The notes under the pieces were generated by a model. That model saw only the letters and a program-made list of their open reading frames with translations, had not been told where the DNA came from and made no database searches. A DNA stretch of 32,000 nucleotides from Candidatus Peribacter riflensis. Its GTDB lineage: Bacteria; Patescibacteriota; Gracilibacteria; Peribacterales; Peribacteraceae. The stretch spans positions 600,001 to 632,000 of the forward strand of contig CP013062.1 in assembly GCA_001430755.1 (NCBI GenBank), read 5' to 3'. The translations under genes were made by a program, and so were the position numbers. The first letter of the stretch is position 1. Each line of letters starts with the position of its first letter. Below are positions 25,901 through 32,000 of the stretch, in pieces.

Positions 25901-27470
25901 CGAGCGTGTCAAGAAGTGGGAAGATTCCTTCACCAACCTCGACGCGGAAGAGCTCCTCGATTTGATCGGCAAAACACCCACCAGAGACCAGCTGCGTGCC
26001 AGTATCGAACTGCTCGTCAAAAAGGGCCGCATGAGCTGGGGGGACCACCGCGTCTGGAAGGCGCTCAATCAGAAATCGAATTACAAGATGCCCTTCGGCC
26101 CCTGCGAGCGGGATGAGACGCTGCGCGACAAGTGGCTGCATAAGCTGATCTCGGACATCTGGAACGACAAAGACATGTTCAACGAGTGGATGACGGGCAA
26201 CAGCGGCAATTTCGACAAGCACAAGCAGTCTTACACCCACGAAGCAGACAACTTCGCCAACATCGCGGGCAAGACGGCCTACGAGCTGCACGTGATGCTC
26301 AGGACATACGTGGAGTGCCACGATAAGGGCGGGAACTTGATCAAGCCGATGCCCGAGGAGGTGAACCCCCATCACTTCGAGGAGCTGCTCGTCTACTCCA
26401 TGCGCAACGGCAAGATGAGTATGGAGCAGAAAATCTACTATCTGATCCAGGGTGTCGCTTCCGGGTTTTTGACCCTGGAACGACTGCGTGCCATCGCGGG
26501 CGAGAAGGGAGGCGTCCTGCTCAAATTCCCCTTCTTGGACTACTTCTACCAGCGGCACAATACGCTCCCCGAAATCCGCTCTATCGCAGCACGCATTACG
26601 GAGAGAGGCCCCGACGGCAAATCAACCTTCCTGCCCGGTGCCAAGACAACGATGTTCATGCGCCTCGTGATCCTCCGCGACCAGAAGGCCCTCGAACGTA
26701 TTTCCAAGGCACTGGACAAGGGCGCAGAGGGGCTGGACCACGAAGATATTCCATACATCGCCACCGAGATCGACTGGGTGAAAATGGGAGGCCTGCTCGA
26801 CGTGATGAGCGGAGGCCGATCCAAAGTGTCGAAGGAAGGATGGAAGAACGCCTACGTGGGATTCAATGAGAAATTCAAGGTCTACGCGCACCTGGCCAAG
26901 CTGGCGAAGAATAAACGGGCGATGTTCACCGAGGAGGACGCGAGGAATCTGGCACAATCCGTCGGCGCGTACATCGTGATGGATAACCAGATGATGCGCG
27001 CGGTCAAGCTCAAGAACGGAGGAATGATCTCCCTCTCGCGCGAGGCGCTGGAGACCGAGCGGCCGGTGGCAAACCCCGCACTGCGCACGGCGGATTACCG
27101 CAACCGCTCGCGCGACTTCATCTTCGACCTCGTGGGGCGGCTGGGGATGCAAGATAGCGACCTCGGCGTCAAGGACCTCACCCTGCAGCAATTCCTCGCG
27201 AACCGCGACCGCGACCAGCGCAGCATCACCAGCGAAGAGCAGGACAAGATCGAAAAGGCAAAAGAGCCGTTCATCACGGCACTCGCAAGGAAGATCGCGA
27301 CCAGTGGGGGCACCCAAACCCTCATGGACGTGCTCGCCGAATTCGAAGACACCACATACGCCGCCGGGGGCAAATTCCTCGACAGTCATACCGAAGATGT
27401 CAATGAAACGGAACTGCAGAAATACCACGGCGAATTCGCGAGGCGCTATCAATCGATCGTCGGACAGTAG
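22917..27470 (+). CDS. 1,517-aa orphan protein with a single HExxH (HEKGH) putative zinc-peptidase motif
   Basis: A long uninterrupted frame with normal composition. All antisense ORFs here are Arg/His-rich shadows. The ATG at 22917 is preferred to the TTG at 22884. I see no TM segment or signal peptide by eye. HEKGH is encoded at 24864-24878. Confidence 0.85.
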   Translation: MLSFNAFVRFALSRSPLREQRELLFSAKKKDPTQEGQTGPQETPETERSFDDDRLVEREAQETGAQISSVLRTLDSQEIFDRLGEELKNGEAFDRLFTHEESTKGIDLSSIATRSGIAIYMSERDSVLPQGTPREVLSAIIDFDTQKGFPIEVKRTFIEMLLRGAPRMTATFARATVTRIRDYEEQQAAIETARKRFETEEMLGKIGPKGMAVASRLSLGEIPNIQAAVNEIGAKHPLSMDQVRELYTTLDNVSEAMRKVREFGNRYWGTAEVLPPEKDEQRQLEYLHHLKEQARDLSRLLSIQLRLGAQDTVQHLEEGAAEAMKQPKAQGMEDAIQRSAADPGMRALRLIAKVDDPQNDLVQDPNNPHFTQLSDAFLRESEQHLATLDSIQEDSNQLLARWKSPEGLTDETRDQKGRHEWAERCRTMVQTILTDPALSAKTKQHLEQFNEQLQDPAALSAFSEKEMVREEYGAKILLEQGEAAFTEAKQEGTDTLHTVMSELTDTDTLAWIDAKKKEAKTLEDELSALLTHPVCPALGIVGLVQSYSRDLQGELTFLAETRIPDAQKKEMCERIGVQLQHWQQAYTLVRKLEQATAHVPPEGNECIRVLPREEYLEKFGVETSRACYFRGFIYMRGDVPEDERPALIEHEKGHFLIAILSDQSHLFPDLLERSFGEPTPEHWTLLESKAKGWGISKEDIRTQYRRENPTLPEALLNARVEARYRRALLEEATVRGALAPEGHGDRQCFEGLKKEELVQFESATPLHSTDDEAFPVDAEAMQQAPADTNSYNAHEDLEAIDRMVNGIKTFGNAYGTRDPRGTSRHFDPRIKQQADAIVDGDGGYQDILDELKFIHTNGQTRAGESVDPQYNTKYRETVLRFKEHVKQTHDQVDAIEKYFAEIAKEPMSKKKTISEKLGIQWLCILDIMRMYKEFVEDIEGMWHSMQDQKTADAKAALTKNLPVYIPGTKIKIPIIGKYTERLPHYTERARNSKELERVKKWEDSFTNLDAEELLDLIGKTPTRDQLRASIELLVKKGRMSWGDHRVWKALNQKSNYKMPFGPCERDETLRDKWLHKLISDIWNDKDMFNEWMTGNSGNFDKHKQSYTHEADNFANIAGKTAYELHVMLRTYVECHDKGGNLIKPMPEEVNPHHFEELLVYSMRNGKMSMEQKIYYLIQGVASGFLTLERLRAIAGEKGGVLLKFPFLDYFYQRHNTLPEIRSIAARITERGPDGKSTFLPGAKTTMFMRLVILRDQKALERISKALDKGAEGLDHEDIPYIATEIDWVKMGGLLDVMSGGRSKVSKEGWKNAYVGFNEKFKVYAHLAKLAKNKRAMFTEEDARNLAQSVGAYIVMDNQMMRAVKLKNGGMISLSREALETERPVANPALRTADYRNRSRDFIFDLVGRLGMQDSDLGVKDLTLQQFLANRDRDQRSITSEEQDKIEKAKEPFITALARKIATSGGTQTLMDVLAEFEDTTYAAGGKFLDSHTEDVNETELQKYHGEFARRYQSIVGQ

Positions 27471-27518
27471 TGTCACGTGGAACTTGCCCCCGTCCTCTGA
27501 CACGCGCATCCTGAGCGC

Positions 27519-27959
27519 ATGCAGGTCGCCATTCAGCGGGTCGATGCCTCTCTCCCCCTCCCCAGTTACCACACGGCCGGGGCAGTGGGCTTTGACCTGA
27601 TCACGCGCGAGACGACGGTGATTGAGCCCAAGAAGATCGCGCTGGTTCCGGGCAACGTGATCGTGAAGGTGCCGGAAGGGCATGCCCTCCTGATCCTCCC
27701 CCGGTCCTCCCTCCCGAGGAAGAAGGCGCTCGTCTGTCCACACTCGATCGGCGTCATCGACTGCGACTACCACGGGCCGGAGGATGAGATCAAAGTGCAG
27801 GTGCAGAACATTTCCGATGCGCCCGTCACCGTGGAGCGCGGCGAACGCATCGCGCAGGGCATGTTCGTGAAGGTGGAGCGCGCGGAATGGGCCGAAGTGG
27901 ACGGGCACGGCGCGCAGACGCGGGGCGGATTCGGCTCCACCGGCACTCACGTTCAGTAA
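27519..27959 (+). CDS. dut: dUTP diphosphatase
   Basis: GAVGFDL, LPRSSL, GVIDCDYHGP, GERIAQ and the C-terminal RGGFGSTG. Confidence 0.9.
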   Translation: MQVAIQRVDASLPLPSYHTAGAVGFDLITRETTVIEPKKIALVPGNVIVKVPEGHALLILPRSSLPRKKALVCPHSIGVIDCDYHGPEDEIKVQVQNISDAPVTVERGERIAQGMFVKVERAEWAEVDGHGAQTRGGFGSTGTHVQ

Positions 27960-27993
27960 TACTTCGTCGCGCAGCGACGATAAACACGCATCG

Positions 27994-28094
27994 CGAAGCC
28001 GCGGGTGGCTCTGACGGGCCCCGCGGCTGGAGCGATACCTTTGAAGGGAAAGGAGAGACCGTGAGAGGGAAACCGTAGGTTTCCCTTTCACGAA
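27994..28094 (+). repeat. copy A of the ~96-nt structured repeat, in the dut/ftsZ convergent spacer
   Basis: Helix 1 is GCCGCGGG (27998-28005) paired with CCCGCGGC (28020-28027). Helix 2 is 15 bp, CGTGAGAGGGAAACC-gta-GGTTTCCCTTTCACG (28060-28092). It is homologous to 19262-19362 on the opposite strand. Confidence 0.85.
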
Positions 28095-29345
28095 TTACTT
28101 GCTAATCGGCTTTCTCATGAACGCGGGCACCTCCAGCTCTTCTTCGCTCAAACCCAGCGTGCTCGTCTTGGCGGGCTCCAGGAATGAGGTCTTGGCCGGT
28201 TCGCGCCGGCCCTGAGATGCGTCGAAGGATTCCTCACTGAAGCGTGCAGGCTTGTGCACGCCGGGCTTGATGCCGCGTGCCGCGCCGATGGCCGGCAGCC
28301 CATCCAAATGCGCCTCGTCGAAGCCCGTCGCGATGACGGTCACCTTCACCTCGCCCGTGAACTTCTCGTCGATCACGGCTCCGAAGATGACGTTCGCCTC
28401 GGGATCGGCCGCCTCGGTGATGATGCGCGCCGCCTCGTCCACCTCGAACATGCTCAGGTCATTGCCGCCCGTGATATTGAAGAGCACGCCCTTGGCACCA
28501 GAGATCGAAAGATCGAGCAGGGGGCTATCGATGGCCGCACGGGCCGCCTCGGCGGCGCGGCTGTCGCCGGTGCCGTAGCCGATGCCCATGAGCGCCGTGC
28601 CGGCATCCTGCATGATGGATTTCACGTCGGCGAAGTCCACGTTGATGAGACCATGCTCGGTGATGAGGTTCGAAATGCCCTCGATGGCATGCTGCAGCAC
28701 CTCATCCACGACCTGGAAGGCCTCGGTGAGCGGGGTGGTCTTGTCGATGAGCGAGAGGATCTTGTCATTCGGAATCGTGATGAGCGTATCCACCTTGCCC
28801 TTCAGATTCGCGATGGCATCCTCGGCCTGCTGCTTTCTCTTGAGCCCCTCGAAGCTGAACGGCTTGGTGACGACCGCCACCGTCAGAATCCCCATGCTCC
28901 GGGCGATCTCGGCAATCACATGGATGCTTCCGCTGCCCGTTCCGCCGCCCAGTCCCGCCGTGATGAAGATCATGTCTGCACCCTCCAGGGCTGCCTGGAT
29001 CTCGGCGCTGCTCTCCTCCGCGGCCTTCTTTCCCACATCCGGATTGGCACCGGCCCCCAGTCCCCGCGTCGTTCCGCGACCGATGGTGATCTTGCGCGGA
29101 GCCGGGTTGTGGTAGAGCGCCTGCATATCGGTGTTCAGGGCGATGAATTCCACGCCCTGCACCTTGGAGTCGATCATGCGCTTCACGGCATTGCTGCCGC
29201 CGCCGCCCGTACCAAGGACGACTAAACGTGCGCCGGGCGTGGCCTCGGGACGCACCTCGCGCGAGACAATCGGGCTGTCATCATGATTGGAACCATTCGA
29301 TGATGCGCGGGAGCCGGAGAAGAGAGAGCGGAGCGTATCGGACAT
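28095..29345 (-). CDS. ftsZ: cell division GTPase FtsZ
   Basis: The tubulin signature GGGTGSGS, NTDMQAL, and the C-terminal peptide LEVPAFMRK. Confidence 0.97.
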   Translation of the reverse strand: MSDTLRSLFSGSRASSNGSNHDDSPIVSREVRPEATPGARLVVLGTGGGGSNAVKRMIDSKVQGVEFIALNTDMQALYHNPAPRKITIGRGTTRGLGAGANPDVGKKAAEESSAEIQAALEGADMIFITAGLGGGTGSGSIHVIAEIARSMGILTVAVVTKPFSFEGLKRKQQAEDAIANLKGKVDTLITIPNDKILSLIDKTTPLTEAFQVVDEVLQHAIEGISNLITEHGLINVDFADVKSIMQDAGTALMGIGYGTGDSRAAEAARAAIDSPLLDLSISGAKGVLFNITGGNDLSMFEVDEAARIITEAADPEANVIFGAVIDEKFTGEVKVTVIATGFDEAHLDGLPAIGAARGIKPGVHKPARFSEESFDASQGRREPAKTSFLEPAKTSTLGLSEEELEVPAFMRKPISK

Positions 29346-29384
29346 GTGAGTAGGGGGTAGGGCGAAGGGAATAGGGAATCGGAC

Positions 29385-30617
29385 TTAGGGAAGGAGGCTC
29401 TTGAACCAGGAACCCATGCGCTGCACGGCGCGCTTCATCTGCACTGTTCCGACCATCGGGGCGCTCTCGCCCTCGCGCACGCCCCAGATGAGTGTGCCGA
29501 GTGCCGTGGCGTAGGCCGGATCATCCACCTTCTCGATGACGCCGCCGACATCCACCGGGAACCCCATCTGCACGGGGAGCCCCAGCACGTCGCGCGCCAG
29601 ATCCAACACCCCCGGAGCCTTGGAAGCCGCCCCCGTGAGGAGCGCGCCGGCGGGCAGCATGCCGCTGCGACCGATGCGCGTGAGCTCCTGCTTGACCAGA
29701 GAGAAGACCTCGAAGTAGCGCGCCTGCATGATCTCGGCCATGTAGCGCTTGCTCACGGTCTGCGTATCCACTTTGCTCACGGACGAGAGATCGATCATCT
29801 CACGCTCCGCAATCTCCTGCGGAAGCACCGAGCCGAACTCGATCTTGATCTTCTCGGCCGTATCAATGGAGGTCCGCAGCCCGATGGCGATGTCGTTCGT
29901 CACACTCTCGCCCCCCAACGGCAGGCTGGCCGAGTAGAGGATCGTCCCCTCCTCGAAGACCGCGACGCTCGTGCAGCCCGCGCCGATGTCGATGATGACG
30001 ACGCCGAGCTCCTTCTGACGCTTGGTGAGCACAGCCTCGGGCGCGGCGACGGTGGCCGGAACGATGTCATCGATATCCACGCCGGCCTGATCCACGCACT
30101 TCTCGATGTTCTTCACGTGCTGGATGTGCCCCGTCACGATGTGGGCTTCGACCTCGAGACGGATGCCCGTCATGCCGACGGGATTCTTGATGCCGCGCTG
30201 CTCGTCGACCGCGTACGACTTGGGCTCGATGTGCAGGATGCGCCTGTTCTGGGGAATGCTCACGGCCTGTGCAGCCTCGAGCACGCGCCCCACGTCCTCC
30301 ACGCTGATCTCGGAACCCGAGATGGCGATGACGCCGCGACTGTCGAACGATTCGATGTGCGATCCGCTCATGCCCACGAACACGTGGTTGATGGGCACCC
30401 CCGCCATGCGCTCCGCATCTTCAAGCGAAGAGATGATATTGTGAATGAGTTCCTCCACGTCGATCACGTGCCCCTTGCGCATCCCATGGGAGGGAGAGAT
30501 ACCCACACCAATCACATTGGGGATGAGCTTCTCCTGCTCGCCATCCACGACAGCGACGACGGTCCGAATTTTTGCGCTTCCGATATCGAGGCTGGCGACA
30601 ATGCGTTCTTTTGGCAT
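29385..30617 (-). CDS. ftsA: cell division protein FtsA
   Basis: The actin-fold N-terminus SLDIGSAKIRTVV, IDIGAGCTSVAV, and the C-terminal amphipathic helix MGSWFKSLLP. The ATG at 30617 is preferred. The first 90 aa of the track ORF (up to 30887) are not protein-like. Confidence 0.95.
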   Translation of the reverse strand: MPKERIVASLDIGSAKIRTVVAVVDGEQEKLIPNVIGVGISPSHGMRKGHVIDVEELIHNIISSLEDAERMAGVPINHVFVGMSGSHIESFDSRGVIAISGSEISVEDVGRVLEAAQAVSIPQNRRILHIEPKSYAVDEQRGIKNPVGMTGIRLEVEAHIVTGHIQHVKNIEKCVDQAGVDIDDIVPATVAAPEAVLTKRQKELGVVIIDIGAGCTSVAVFEEGTILYSASLPLGGESVTNDIAIGLRTSIDTAEKIKIEFGSVLPQEIAEREMIDLSSVSKVDTQTVSKRYMAEIMQARYFEVFSLVKQELTRIGRSGMLPAGALLTGAASKAPGVLDLARDVLGLPVQMGFPVDVGGVIEKVDDPAYATALGTLIWGVREGESAPMVGTVQMKRAVQRMGSWFKSLLP

Positions 30618-30890
30618 GGGAGAGAGGGTCAGAGAAGTTGAATACAGAAGATGTTCCGCGTACTCCAAAGTGAAGTATCCGCGAAACAACGTAATTCTAA
30701 TTGGAGAAAACGCGGATCCGCAAGATGAAGATGAATACCTTTGGTATACAGCAGGCACAACAGAGAACAATTTTTCTGTTCTGGAGTTTGCCCGTCTACT
30801 AGGGATGATCACCCATTGTGTGTCACTGAAATTTTTGACGGAAAATGACTGAACACAGGTTGTGAACAGCGTGACGCATCTCTGCACTCC

Positions 30891-31853
30891 TCAAAAGAGC
30901 GTCGGCTGATCGAGCTTCACACTCACCGGTGAGGGCATCGCTGCAGCCGCCTCTGCATCGGCATGCGCCTTGCCGAAGGCTGTTATGAGAAGCGACTGGA
31001 AGCGCTTGATGAGCAGAGTGAACTGCATGTCACGGAAGAATTCCAACACCTGAGTGGTGGGAAAAACGCCGAGCTGCACATCTGCGAGAGAGAGCGGAAG
31101 CGGCATGTCGGAAATCAGTGCAGCCATCCGCTCGCAGAAGAACGCCTGCTCGCGATCCGCCGCGAGCTTCTCGTGGACGGCGGGCCGAATCTCATCCAGA
31201 TGATCGTAGACGCCCTTGAGGGTGTCGTACTTCTGCAGCAGCTCCGCCGCGATCTTGGGCCCGATGCCTTTCACTCCCGGCAGGTTATCGGATTGGTCGC
31301 CGGTGAGTCCTTTATAGGAGGCGATCTGGTCGGGCCGGACCCCGTACTTCGCCTCGATCTCCTTCGGTCCCAGGTACTCCGCCTGCTGGTACCCCTTGTG
31401 CGGAATGGCGATGCGGATCTGATCACTGGCGAGCTGCAGGGCGTCGCGGTCCCCTGTCACGATAGTGACCCTCATCCCAGCCTTCTCCGCCAACCGCGCG
31501 TAGGCGCACAGCAGGTCATCGGCCTCGTACTTGGGATTCGAGACATGGGGAATACCGAACGTCTCGATGAGCTCAAGGATGCGCGGAATCTGCACGTAGA
31601 AATCGTCGGGGGTTTCGGCGCGGCCCGCCTTGTAATCTTTGGCCTCCTGATGGCGGAAAGTTTCATCGCCCTCGTCGAAGCAGAAAAGGAGGGCATCCGG
31701 CTCCTCTTTGCCGAGAATGGAAAGGAGCATGGAAGCCACGCCGAAGACCGCATTCGACTGCTCGCCCGACTGGGTTTTGAGCGTGCGCGGGATCGCCCAG
31801 TAGGCCCGGTACATAAGGTGATGCCCGTCAATCAATACAAGATGCTTCATCAT
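30891..31853 (-). CDS. stand-alone 5'-3' exonuclease (Pol I N-terminal/FEN-like domain)
   Basis: LVLIDGHHLMYRAYWA, VTGDRDALQL, and the H3TH motif SDNLPGVKGIGPKIAAELL. At 320 aa it has no polymerase domain. Confidence 0.9.
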   Translation of the reverse strand: MMKHLVLIDGHHLMYRAYWAIPRTLKTQSGEQSNAVFGVASMLLSILGKEEPDALLFCFDEGDETFRHQEAKDYKAGRAETPDDFYVQIPRILELIETFGIPHVSNPKYEADDLLCAYARLAEKAGMRVTIVTGDRDALQLASDQIRIAIPHKGYQQAEYLGPKEIEAKYGVRPDQIASYKGLTGDQSDNLPGVKGIGPKIAAELLQKYDTLKGVYDHLDEIRPAVHEKLAADREQAFFCERMAALISDMPLPLSLADVQLGVFPTTQVLEFFRDMQFTLLIKRFQSLLITAFGKAHADAEAAAAMPSPVSVKLDQPTLF

Positions 31854-31909
31854 AAGAAGAAAAGGTGGCTTGCCCGGCGTAGCCCGAAGGGCGAAGTCGG
31901 GTGGCCATC
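31854..31909 (-). terminator. long GC-rich hairpin plus U-tract immediately upstream of the exonuclease start
   Basis: The minus strand reads GATGGCC-a-CCCGAC-ttc-GCCC-ttc-GGGC-tac-GCCGGG-caa-GCCACC followed by TTTTCTTCTT and then ATGATG. It is probably the terminator of an upstream gene beyond the window end. Confidence 0.45.
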
Positions 31910-32000
31910 AATGAGGACAAGATGCTGCACCGCATGAGCATGCAGCAGAGGCGTTCAAAAGGCAAAAAGGCGGCCCCGCATCCCCCCTCTTCTTGCCTGA

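Noticed and set aside
27887-28078. 63-aa plus-strand ORF whose end (GGSDGPRGWSDTFEGKGETVRGKP) resembles the comF insert peptide
   Set aside because: The resemblance follows from nucleotide homology of the repeat. The rest of the ORF is Arg-rich and overlaps the 3' end of dut out of frame.
30618-30887. N-terminal extensions of track ORFs: ftsA up to 30887, the membrane gene up to 12728, dnaA up to 17705, infB up to 5759 and the comF-like gene up to 19748
   Set aside because: The extensions are not protein-like or overlap the upstream gene. Internal ATG codons give the N-termini expected for each family.
31910-32000. Possible 3' end of a minus-strand gene at the window edge
   Set aside because: The frame open to the window edge and ending upstream of the hairpin (stop TGA at 31910-31912) translates to a low-complexity string. 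There is too little sequence to call a gene.

Overview
Bacterial chromosomal window with the standard genetic code. G+C looks like roughly 55-60% by eye. Most of it is housekeeping genes, the majority co-directional on the minus strand: infB, a DHH/DHHA1 phosphoesterase, an amino-acid-kinase+GNAT (ArgA-like) protein, tRNA-Pro(GGG), eno, lgt, thrS, dnaA, rseP, a comF-like phosphoribosyltransferase, ftsZ, ftsA and a stand-alone 5'-3' exonuclease. A plus-strand block at 19.8-28 kb carries the less ordinary genes. These are a lower-GC agmatine-deiminase/PAD-fold enzyme beside tRNA-Val(GAC), a TauE/SafE-type permease, a small 2-TM protein followed 1 nt after its stop by a 1,517-aa orphan protein with a single HExxH motif, and dut. 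Gene content and several small membrane proteins suggest an uncultured, reduced-genome lineage (CPR/Patescibacteria-like), but that is only an inference. No rRNA, CRISPR array, transposase or integrase was seen. The non-coding signals I consider most interesting are listed here. (1) A ~96-nt repeat is present twice, once in frame inside the comF-like CDS and once in the dut/ftsZ spacer, and compensatory base changes preserve two hairpins. (2) A (TTAGGG/ATAGGG)10 telomere-like hexamer array fills the spacer upstream of eno. (3) Further G-tract motifs built on TAGGG cores lie in two other spacers. (4) An inverted pair of DnaA boxes sits upstream of an rseP-dnaA unit. (5) Start codons tend to be preceded by C/U-rich tracts rather than purine-rich Shine-Dalgarno tracts. 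All calls come from reading the sequence and the ORF translations; no database search was possible.
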